Assembly (NCBI GenBank): GCA_002633005.1
Contig: NMRA01000142.1
Coordinates: forward strand, 248,001-312,000
Source of the DNA: Phoronis australis
Taxonomy: Eukaryota; Animalia; Phoronida
Direction of reading: 5' to 3'
Length of the DNA: 64,000 nt
The notes beneath the pieces are model-generated. The model saw nothing but the letters and a program-made list of their open reading frames with translations. It ran no database searches and was not told where the DNA came from. The position numbers and the translations under genes are program-made. This document shows, piece after piece, positions 1-11,329 of this stretch; the stretch's first letter is position 1, and each line of letters starts with the position of its first letter.

Positions 1-169
1 AAATGCTCAAAATTTCACTAAATGCTCCCTGGTGACATCTGTGCTATACACAACATGCTGACAACAAAGCAATTTCTTAAGTGTTACTCTGCTGAGAAAT
101 CGGACAAAACTAAATTCTACTAGTCCACAATATTGTGTCCCAAACCGGAGAATTTTTACAGAACTATAC

Positions 170-3100
170 CTTTGCCTATCAGCCCATGGTCCATAACTAA
201 TATTTGTCTCCTTGCCATACTTCACGTCGGTACTATGGCCACACTTAATGTCCATGCCCCAACAAGGATACGTCTGCCTGACGACCACGTCACCGCTGGC
301 CATCTGCAGTACCTGAGGTTCGTACGGTACTTTGCCCGGCTCATCGAAGTAGTAGATAATATCCACATAGTTCGACTGCAGGACAACGAACCCTTCCCCC
401 ATGTAACGAGGAGGTCTACAAAAGGTAATGACAATTACGACTATCTTCAAACAAAGGCATGCCATACTGCGGACCAAAAAACCTAAGTTTAACACCAGTT
501 AGCAAAAATAACACTTTTGGCAATGAAACATGAGAAAATATTTGTTACAAGGGGCATAGAACATCTGTCGCATATTTTTTTGTTTCTGTATAACGTTTTT
601 TTATTTATTGCCCATGGAAATTTCTTGTTTCAAAAGGCCGGTGGCCTACAAAATAAACATATGGATAATGAAGCTTCCCTGCCTTGAAACAGCTTCAGAA
701 AGTGTTTCTAAAGATAACGAATACGCGTATGATACTTTACTACTTGAATTTACCTGCAAGGCAAACAGATTACTTGAGAAATTACTTACTCGTCCTTTGG
801 TCCAGTGTATCGAGGGCTGGGGACCAACATAACGCGTACATTTTCAGCTTCACATTTAGTGACATGCATGAATGTATCGAACGGCGTTGACGCAGGCTTC
901 GTGGTGTATAAAAAATGACCATCGTCGAATCCGATTGACAACGTTGAAGGCACGAGATGATTTCCGAATACAAACTTCCCCTAAAAGATGCAAGGAAATG
1001 TGTAATGATAGAAAATGTAGGATGGGGAAATGTTATAAACTTTCCGTGAAAAATATTTGGTTTTCGTCAGTGCTCGCTTGTGTCATTGTTGAAGCTATGC
1101 ACCGCAACTTAAAAACTTATAAAGAAAAATGCACACCTGCATCACTTTTATAGAAGATATCAGGGGAATTTTTTTGAAACCAACAAAGTGTCAACTAAAA
1201 ATGCACCGCATCTTTAAATGAACCGCAGACAAGATAAAATGCTTTTTAGACCTTAGGATACACACTAATGCCTTGAAGACAAGCATCTCTTCCATAACAC
1301 ATGACTTAAACACTTTTTGACAGGGATACTGACACAAGAGGGAATGTGAAGGTGAACTGAAAGGACACCTACAGTCAACTTTCTGGTGACAAGTTTACCC
1401 CCTCCATACAAGCAGACATACGCAATGTTGATAGCATCAGAATTTTGCAAAGTGTGAAAAAAATGACTTCCCAAAAGTAAAGCACCTGGAGAGAATACCA
1501 CTGACTAAATGAAAATTTAATATTGTTGCCATGACGTTTCGATGTCAAATTATGCAATAATTTTACACGCAAATCAAAAATATAACAACAATGAATATTT
1601 TTTATATTTTTTTCTCATTGACACAAAGGACATACCACAGACACACGGAATTTGATGACTGGTATCAGGTCTCTCCACTGAAGCCAATTGGCTGACTCTT
1701 CACTGGAAAATGAAATTAATCAAATCATACACTTTATTGGACATGCAATATCTATGCTAACTGGCCAATATGAAACATGACATTTGCATGAATTGTTTTG
1801 TAATGTAAGACCTGAGAAAATTTTCAAATTTGGCTTTACAGTTGAACATCATATCTCAGAAATAGATTTAAATTAAGTGGTACTTTATGCACTGCTCTTA
1901 AAAACGAGGATGTCAAATATTGGCACTTTCAGAAATCTTATGAAAAGTTACATTGCTTTTAAAAACAAAAACAAAAAGATAAAATACACATCATCTTGTT
2001 ACAGTCTAAGCTAACACTTGATTGATGAGAATTCAGAGACAATGAATAGTAAAAATTATCCAGTTTACGACAGCGTCTAAAATTTGTGGCATCAATGTTA
2101 AAGCCAAAATTGAATTTTTTGATTCTGAAGACTGGAACACGGGCGATTTCTACATTTATCACATTTCTCAAGTATCAGCCACTGTGTTTCATATCAGCAG
2201 AACCTGAAAACCAACTTGACAGATCATAAAACTGTTGAAAAAAGACAGAGACCAGTTTTCATGAGTCCTCATGGTGTGCAACACTGAACTGAATGTTCGT
2301 TTATCACTGATTGCAATTCTTGAATTTGAGACAGTCAATGCTGCTTGTTTTTAAAATTTGGTACAGGCTCCGACATTCAGCAAAATAATAAGTTTTTCTC
2401 TGTCCCAAACTGGAGAACCTTTATCGTAGCCGCGTGAACACACGCTTGGCGTGATTAGTTTAATGGCTGAAAACCTAACCTACCCTTGAGCAGTCTCTTC
2501 CTCCTCCTGGTTATCATTGCCTGAGGCTAAAGTACCCTCATCTAGGTTGAACAATTTTTCAAGCCGTGCGTATTCAGAGGACCTGTTGTAGACATGCCAT
2601 TCGAGGCCTTCGAGGTAGAATGAGAGTCTAGTGTTACCTTGGGAGAAATCTGTGGACAAATAAAAGCTTAATATTTAAGACTTACTAGAAATGTCTGAGA
2701 ATAAGTCGTTGAGACACAGTTTGCTTAAATGCCGCCCACACACACAGAGACTTACCCTAGAACAAGTTACTCCTGGAACGAGTTGTTACTAGGTTTAAGG
2801 GCTGTGTGGACACTATTTAAACTAATGCAACTTGCCCCACTTGTGACAACTTACTCCACTTTATTGAGGTAGCGTAACTTGTTCTAGGGGAACTTGCACC
2901 ACTTCTAATCACTGTCTGGCCGCAAACATGGGACAAGGCGGAAGTATCAGTTATGGTTACATAACAGACAGGTCTTCTTTCGTGTGCCGTATTCACATCA
3001 ACTGTTCATTGTCATGTACAGAGCAACAACTTTTGCCTTACACAAGTTATCCGATGTGTGTGTGGAGACACTCCACTTAAAAGTGGAGTGAATACTCCAC

Positions 3101-4765
3101 TTAAAAGTGGAGTGAGTTGCACTTTGTCTAGTGCAAATTGTTCTAGGGTAGGCTGTGTGTGGATTAGAATTAACATTAAATTCTTAACAAATTCATATTT
3201 CCAATTAAAGTACTCAATTAATTCAATGAGTAAATGAAAAAAGCCTACTATTGAACAATTGCAAAAACAAATAGTTTAACAATAGTGAGAAAACCTAATG
3301 AATGTCAATAATCAATTGTTTCACAAAATAATGCATAGATGTTTGTAAAGGCACTGAGTTTCCCGTCCTAGGGGTGTTACATGAAACGAAATATGAAATT
3401 TACACTCTGATCATCAAAAAGTTGTTCAAATTTCATCGCTTACTCAAATTACATTCATCACAGACTTAAGTTTGCACTGACCAAACTGAACACACAACGA
3501 TCATTTCGCTAAAGTAACCTCCAAAACAAGTAACGTAGAAAATAATTTGACTTGACAAAATCAAACGCTGTCAATTATACGATTGATGAAAATCTCATGG
3601 ATTCGGAGTTATCAACAATGAAAACAAGATGAACGCTGACTTACTAGTGGTAGGCAAACTCTGTGAGACATTGTTACTGCTTCTGCTTAACTGTACAAAA
3701 GCTCTCACTCCGACATGGAATGTTCACAAAGTTGCAGAAAATCTTCAATCTACACTTAGGGTAGACTAATTCATGAAAATGTCCTCAATGTTTCAATTGT
3801 CAGCAGAGAACTGTAGTGCACATTGTATAATTTTACCAGCATGTTAAAATACCTTCACTGATGTCCTTAACAGTGTAAGGACGCCACCATCTAAAAATAG
3901 CCCATCCGTCGACAATTCGTATAGCATAATCCTCGGTCACATAATGAACATCTCTGAACATGATCTTGCCAGAGAGGACAGAGAATGAAAATGAACCTAA
4001 GAAACAAACAAAAACGGAATTAAATGAGATACAAAATAGATTCATTAACCTGTAATTTTGCAGTTAAACATTTGTGAATGTTGGTACCAAATTTTCTTTA
4101 ATGCGCATGCTATTAAATTCTACACTGGCTTCTGACAATTTTGAGGAAGCTAGAATTGATAGAAACTGGAGCAGAGTAGTAGCACATGCATTAATTTGCA
4201 TTAAGTTAATTTGTTGTTGATGAATCTACGACATGTGACCAGAAGAAGTGAACTGTTTAAAACTCTGATGAATTGACTGAAAACAACACTAAAGACACAA
4301 ATTCTTAATTAAAGATAACGAAAAATTCATAACTAATTAAGTGAAAGTTTGTAATCCATGCTTTAATAGAGCATACTCTCCGAGTCATGCTACGTAAAAC
4401 TATTTCTAAAAAGACTGCTAATACTCAAAACATGTCGAAAAAGCCGACTAATCCTTTGTTAATCCTGCAAACTGGCAAATGTTATGAGCACCACACAAAT
4501 TAAGGAAACTCCAACCTATTTTGACGTGTGCTGTTTTGTGAACCCTGTTGATGATCATGGTGAGTATTAGTCCAATCAGCCGGGAATTGTAGTAGCAGAT
4601 GTACGTAATCCATACGATGGCCGCAAAGCAGACGGCCACCAGCCAGGCAAACTCGGGTGATTGGATACTCAAAGGCGCCGCTGTCGTGCGATTACCGCCA
4701 TGTGCTGCTTCCGTGAAAGCGGACTCCGTCACGGAAGTAATGTTCTCAATCTTGATAGTCGTCAT
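170..4765 (-). CDS. BLTP1: Bridge-like lipid transfer protein 1 (KIAA1109/tweek/Csf1-like), first six coding exons; gene continues beyond the left window edge
   Basis: Exons (minus) 4765-4516, 3996-3853, 2649-2484, 1702-1636, 980-790, 415-170 are all GT-AG and phase-consistent. The ATG is in a TCGCC-ATG context. The spliced product has an N-terminal TM helix (FAWLVAVCFAAIVWITYICYYNSRLIGLILT) followed by GSFSFSVLSGKIMFRDV, WHVYNRS, WRDLIPVIK, FVFGNHLVP, NVRVMLVPSPRY, PPRYMGEGFVV and YGPWADRQR, matching the KIAA1109 N-terminus as I recall it. A splice acceptor at 4837-4838 implies an upstream non-coding exon. Confidence 0.95.
2731..3161. mobile_element. MITE with terminal inverted repeats and internal palindromes, in a BLTP1 intron
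   Basis: Left CCACACACACAG..TTACCCTAGAACAA pairs with right TTGTTCTAGGGTAGGCTGTGTGTGG. The palindrome ACTCCACTTAAAAGTGGAGT occurs twice at ~3070-3113. Confidence 0.65.
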
Positions 4766-5720
4766 GGCGATGAGATGTTACGGACAACAAACAGTCAAAC
4801 GCACTGCAAAGAAGTATTTTAGTTCTTGGATTTATCCTGAAATAAAAAAATTATGACAAAACTAGAGTGAGTACATTTTTGTGAACAATTCCTCTGTTCA
4901 ATGTATACAATTAGACAAGCGACAATTCGACAAAACAGTATGAACTTAAACAAGCTATTTAAGTTCTAGCACATTTACAGGAAAGTTTTAATCTCTCTCA
5001 AATTACTTTGGCAAATATTTACAATTAATGGCAGTGCAGCTCTCAATTGAAAAGAAAGCAATCTGTAATACTAAAAGCCACCTATAGGGGATCCGCATTT
5101 AGAGAACCAGTAGTTTCCACTGAATAGTGGGCATCAAAACCAGCTCTGACCCCAGTAAACGATTAGCTACCAAGCAGTCAAATGGCTAGTAATAAAAGTT
5201 TACACATTCCTTGTTTTCTATGCCTACTAGTAGTCCACCAAGGTGAAATCAAGGATCATGCGTTATGGTATATGATGGTAATTCAAGTTTTCAAGATAGC
5301 CTAAGAAAGTAGCCCCCCTAGCGGTCTCATGGTTTGATATAGCCTTAAAGAATAACTGAGTGGCTGCTAATACGCGTTTCAAAATTTGTTGTGACCGACT
5401 TCTAAACTTTAAATTATTAACAGTTTTCTCAGATTGAATACCTCTGGTTCACAATTGTTCCGTTTATTTCATGAAATCAGTGCATTTGCCACAACAGTCA
5501 CCACACATCAAACACGCACTTACATTACAAAATGAAGTAAACAGACAGAAGTCAGAATTGTTCGGAAAATTGGGCAAAGTCGGAGTATGAAACACATGCC
5601 TCCCATTTATCCGATGGCTTGCATTCTTCGGGTTTTTGGTTGACGATTTCGACATCAGTTTTTTCATGACTAACGACTTGCGTTTACAAACTACACCCCA
5701 TTCACTACTTATTTGTTATT

Positions 5721-6674
5721 ATTAGCGATTATTTTTACTAACGATGATTTTTACTTGCGATTCATTTTACAAGCGATCATTTTTGCTAGCGATCGTTTTT
5801 GCTAGCGATCGTTTTTGCTAGCGATCGTTTTTGCTAGCGATCGTTTTTGCTAGCGATCGTTTTTGCTAGCGATCGTTTTTGCTAGCGATCGTTTTTGCTA
5901 GCGATCGTTTTTGCTAGCGATCGTTTTTGCTAGCGATCGTTTTTGCTAGCGATCGTTTTTGCTAGCGATCGTTTTTGCTAGCGATCGTTTTTGCTAGCGA
6001 TCGTTTTTGCTAGCGATCGTTTTTGCTAGCGATCGTTTTTGCTAGCGATCGTTTTTGCTAGCGATCGTTTTTGCTAGCGATCGTTTTTGCTAGCGATCGT
6101 TTTTGCTAGCGATCGTTTTTGCTAGCGATCGTTTTTGCTAGCGATCGTTTTTGCTAGCGATCGTTTTTGCTAGCGATCGTTTTTGCTAGCGATCGTTTTT
6201 GCTAGCGATCGTTTTTGCTAGCGATCGTTTTTGCTAGCGATCGTTTTTGCTAGCGATCGTTTTTGCTAGCGATCGTTTTTGCTAGCGATCGTTTTTGCTA
6301 GCGATCGTTTTTGCTAGCGATCGTTTTTGCTAGCGATCGTTTTTGCTAGCGATCGTTTTTGCTAGCGATCGTTTTTGCTAGCGATCGTTTTTGCTAGCGA
6401 TCGTTTTTGCTAGCGATCGTTTTTGCTAGCGATCGTTTTTGCTAGCGATCGTTTTTGCTAGCGATCGTTTTTGCTAGCGATCGTTTTTGCTAGCGATCGT
6501 TTTTGCTAGCGATCGTTTTTGCTAGCGATCGTTTTTGCTAGCGATCGTTTTTGCTAGCGATCGTTTTTGCTAGCGATCGTTTTTGCTAGCGATCGTTTTT
6601 GCTAGCGATCGTTTTTGCTAGCGATCGTTTTTGCTAGCGATCGTTTTTGCTAGCGATCGTTTTTGCTAGCGATC
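5721..6674. repeat. 16-bp minisatellite (GCTAGCGATCGTTTTT)n, ~56 perfect copies, ending at an N
   Basis: Directly visible. Degenerate units at ~5721-5780, perfect units at ~5780-6674, no spacers. Confidence 0.98.
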
Positions 6675-8010
6675 NAGGAGCGTGGCAGGCCGCCCAGAAG
6701 TTTACATGCAGGGGAAACCCTGGCTTTGTGCCAATGTGGGTAAAAACTGGCCAAATACAATCTGACACAAAATTAAAGTCATTAAAAACTACACTTCTTT
6801 GAGTAAATTATTTACAGTATTAGAAAAATTGGCGTTCCTCCATTATTCTGCTGCTAAGGTTGTGGAGCGATCTTATGCATCAGCTTTCGGTGCCATGAAA
6901 TATAGCGTCACCTATTGGCCAGTTTCTTTTTTCGACAATTCGTCAGTCTGCTCTTCTTCCACGAGGTTGCGTACAATGTCACAACAAATCATCAGAACTG
7001 GTTTCATTTCATTAAGTTTTTTATTATTTTTATACTAGCAAACCGAATTTCAAGACAAATTTTGGTGCTGCGAAGCTCCCATCATCTGCTGAGAGATGGC
7101 GCAAAAAATTTAGGAAATGGCACGTGCCATGAGCGTAGTGTTCTCAAAACACCGATAGAATTTTCTTTGTAACAAAAGGTGGAGAGTTATGCAAGAAAAT
7201 GATGTTTATTAGAGTCTTTTTCACTTAAACAACTGGGCAAGATGCGAGTGGGTGAAAGTCGAGTAAATGGGTTCCTATTGTAAATGGCTGCCGGAAACCA
7301 GTTTTCAATGAGTAACAGCAATGTTCGAGAAGGTGACGAGCCAAATGACCCAAAAGGTGTCAAATTTCAAGACCTATTGGAGGTTTCTACTTGTATTTCG
7401 GCGATAGTCTTCATACAGCTTAAGCATATCAAGCTAAGTGGCGCTGGCTAGTCACTGCTGCTCACAGGTACCGCGAGGGGCCTTATGAGAATGCGCATTA
7501 GATGGTACCGAATGGGGCGATTTGCGCTCTAATTCGCTTTGACGGGAATGTTGGCGATTGAACTAGGAAAATCTAGAGGTATGTATTGTTTTTATTGGTT
7601 TCGATGTCAACAAATGGAATGAACGTGTTTCTGTTGCAGATGAAATGTTTGACTTAAATTACTCTCAGATTTGACATGCTTGGAGTTATTCCGGAAGTGC
7701 CCGGCAGATGGCCATTCTGAATAGCAGTTGTGTACCTTTCTCTTTATTTAGTGTATAGTTGAGGGCTGATCAAAGGTGCCTGTGCTGCTTCTAATCAGAT
7801 TGTCACCTAACAGGAAGAACTGGGACCACTGCATGAGTAAGAATACAACGAGAAAGGCATTTCAGAAGCCTTTCGTTATAAATTACATGTAATGCCAACA
7901 TGATCAAGAATCTATAAAACCTACCGTAAGACATCTTGCATTAAATTTTGTCCTCTTGCAGTAACAAAATACTGCTCAAGAATGGAGTAATATTACAAAA
8001 CAAAACGTAG

Positions 8011-8030
8011 CTCCCGCCATCTGGTGGCTA
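8011..8030 (-). promoter_or_regulatory. CTCF-type motif between the divergent BLTP1 and ARMC3 5' ends
   Basis: The reverse complement reads GCCACCAGATGGCGGGAG, matching the CTCF core CCACYAGRKGGCR. Confidence 0.45.
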
Positions 8031-8361
8031 GACAGTTTATCAAGAGCCACGGTTGTAGAAACTGAAAATAATTTTTTAAAGTAACAAATTATCCTTAATT
8101 ACAGTTTTAATTGTTTAATTTGGCAATTTGAGTTGTTTTCACTACATTTCTTTGTCAAAAATTGTTAAATTTTATAAGTAGAATTATGATGAATTCCTGT
8201 TAATATAAGCCATCAAAACTACTGAAAGAACTATTTTTTATTATTTCGAGGTGTAAATAAAAGAAATTTTTAATTTGTACAACTTTTCAACCCCAAAACT
8301 GATAAAAACAAGTGTGGTTGTAACTGATTTGCGCTTTACGTCAAAGAAATTTGTGTATCTA

Positions 8362-8378
8362 TGACGTCATCTAGCAAC
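8362..8378 (+). promoter_or_regulatory. Overlapping CRE and RFX X-box-like element, candidate ARMC3 promoter
   Basis: TGACGTCA (8362-8369) overlaps GTCATCTAGCAAC (8366-8378, with an RGYAAC half-site). ARMC3 is a motile-cilium gene, and its ATG exon begins at a splice acceptor (11311), so its promoter lies upstream. Confidence 0.45.
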
Positions 8379-11329
8379 AACACATTCTGGGGAAGCCGAG
8401 TGTGAGTTGGGAGCAAGACTTTATGTGTTAGGTGCGTAAAAGCAAGTAATTGAATTAATGATTTTAACGGCACTTTTAAGTCTACAATCCTTGCACCTCT
8501 TTTTTTTCAAATTTTATTATTTTTTTCTATAGTTTCATGTTGAAAGAACATATTTGTTTGAACACAACAAACTCGCCAATGACGACAGTTCATGATCATC
8601 AATGATCGGATGAATGAGTTCTGCCCCAGGCTTCAGTTCGTGGGCAGTACTGATCTATGGATTATCTCTATGATTTTCATACCATGAAAAGGTTTATTAG
8701 TTTAGTTAATCCAATAAGGTTTCCTCCTCTGCAACAACTTTGTAAAAAGGCAGGCATCCAAGGAGTGCAATCGCCTAACCCCATAAAAAGTTACTCATTT
8801 CAGGATACAGCGAATAGCCTTGAATGAAACTATTATATATACATTGAGTTATAATTAACATTTACCATTACTCTAGAGACAGTTTAGTCAACACGCATTG
8901 AACTTATCCTGTGAAAATCTGTTGCGGTTCATTTGAGCTTCCATCACCTTGCCGAACAAAAATTAAGTTCAAGGGACATAAATCTTACAAATTACGCTGG
9001 ATATCTTCCCATGCTAAATTGTGCAAGAATCAAATGCCAGGTCAGATGCTTCCCTAAGTGTCGCGCTTGTCATATTACCTGACTTGCGTGACATCAGTTG
9101 AAACACATTGTGGTTTTCCACGTGGTAAAAAAGTTAGCAGCAACCAAGCAAGTGGAGTTGAAATTCCTGTAGACATGCCTCATTAAGGATATGTATAGAA
9201 CCAAAAAGAATCACTAAAGAAAGCAAGTGCTTGTTAAGAGACAGGTTTAAGTGTAAATATATATTTTTGACGAGGTGAAAATCACTTATTCGGTGACCTT
9301 ATTTGGGCTGCTGCCCATTTAAAATACACAGGATGACATTAGTACAGAAACCGTTGGGGTGTGCTGTAGCCCCCAGTATATAGTCAGCCGAGCTAGGAGC
9401 TACGTGTTACCTATTATAGTTGTTTATCACTTCAATATTGTTGTGATATGTGATATGTGACTTGCAAGTGTGACCTACAGACGAATAAAGCTTCTTCAAG
9501 TCGCTCACCAATAAGCAATTGCCTCTTGCTCAAACGGTTTGTACACTTGACTCGCATGTCAGAGAAACACGCTTTTTCTACTGCATCTTCAGTATAAAAC
9601 GCTAACAATATCTGATTTTCGAAATAGCCATGTCATATTGAAATTCAATATCTCGCTAGACGGTATTCATGTCTTTGGCGGACAGGCATTCAATGCCACC
9701 TATAGATTCCATGTAATGCCGATGGAAGGTTTTGACCTGCTAGTATAAACAGCGTTTTAATGGCGTGCTATCATAATGCCGGACAATTTCCACTGCTGTG
9801 CATTGGGCTGTACGTCTAATGGCTCACGGAAAAAGGAAAACTCTTGAATCTATAGATGGAGGATATCATATGTCCCATGTATTTCCCACTCCGAAAAAGA
9901 GTCCATGCCTGTGAAGTAGCTATAACTGATAAAGCAGGAGAATTCTGATCCCAGCCGTCTTGTCAAAAAAATGAATATTTAAATTAGTGAACTCACCCTA
10001 ATCAAACAAAAGGACGTAATGACAGAGGAATGTATTCCTTTGTTTTTAAATCAATGTAATTGAACTTCTGTCCACCATCAGTCGGGTTAAAGCAGAAGTC
10101 GCTTTTGTGTTCTCATTGATCTCGAGAATGCTGATGTGAAAAAGTCCTGTCAGAAAGAAGGCGCTTATTTGTTATCCAAAATTTTCAGACAATACATCAG
10201 CAGGAAATGTTTCAAAAACAGGAGCATGTAAATTGATATTACTTCTAAACAATTCAAATATCTCCGAAATCTCCATGGGAATTCAGGCTGGAATTCAATT
10301 CAGACCAGACAATTGTGCTAATAGTACAGGCTATGCTTCTCTCTGTTGGTTTGATTTCTTCTAATCACTGGATCTGTGATACCTTGTACTGTGGAGCTGA
10401 GCAATTATCAGGTGCAATGACTGCAACAGTAACTCTTTGAATTGTGATGTAGTAATTGGACTGTGTATCAGCGTGTTTGATGCTGAATAGAGGCTCCCTG
10501 GGAGTACTTAAAGCAGATGTTGAATAGACTGGCTGACTGGGAATACTCAAAGCAATCAATCAGGTTGATGATATCTGCCTTTGAAAATCACTGTCCTTGT
10601 GGAATGCTTACGAAGGGGAAGAAATTAATGAATGAACTCCAGTCATTCAGAGTTTCTTGTTAGGAAATGGAATGTAGCTCATTATGATAAACCAGTGTGA
10701 TATTTTTGTTCCTGTAGTCTAAAACAATTCTAGCTTGAATATGCTAAATGTAGAACAAAGAAAATTCTTATTGAAGTTAACTTGTTCAAACCCTGGAGTT
10801 TCTCCTCCATAAAAGCCACTTCACTTTTAGCATACAAGCCACAGAATTTCAGGGAGAAACTGTACCTGATACGATGCCAAGTAACCCAAACCAATATCAC
10901 TTTCACAGAAGTCACACTGGCAGATCTGAGATATGTCGCAAGGAAGCACACTCAGCTTTTTTTAAGATAAACTGTTCAAATAATCACCCCAATTACCATT
11001 CTGGTGGCATTTTTTATCTGGAAGTGAGTGATCCCTGTCACCCTCCTAAATTTGCCTTTGAGTCAGTGGGCAGCTTAAGTGTGTTTGCTCTTATGGAGAA
11101 ATAATATTATTGGATAATTATTATGTAGAAGTTGGCTCAGGATTAAACCTGTACTCGCCAATACTGAAGTCAATATCGTTAATACATAATTGCTTGCTAC
11201 AGCTCATCTTTCCATCTGTCTTAAGGCTGTGAACATTAGTTGTCTAGTACAATTAAGGTTTTTGCTGAAGTCGCCTCTGCCACTGTGTTTAACAGACTCC
11301 TTTGTTTCAGATCTTCACCTGCTGGCATT

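Noticed and set aside
1959-2205. Extra BLTP1 exon at the acceptor-like site 2204-2205 / ORF 1959-2171
   Set aside because: In the required phase it hits TGA within three codons, and exons 2484 and 1702 join in frame without it.
5780-6674. CRISPR-like array
   Set aside because: Head-to-tail 16-mers with no spacers, no cas genes, and a eukaryotic context.
10040-11104. Cluster of short ORFs upstream of the ARMC3 ATG exon
   Set aside because: No recognisable domain and no consistent splice chain; may be an old repeat relic.
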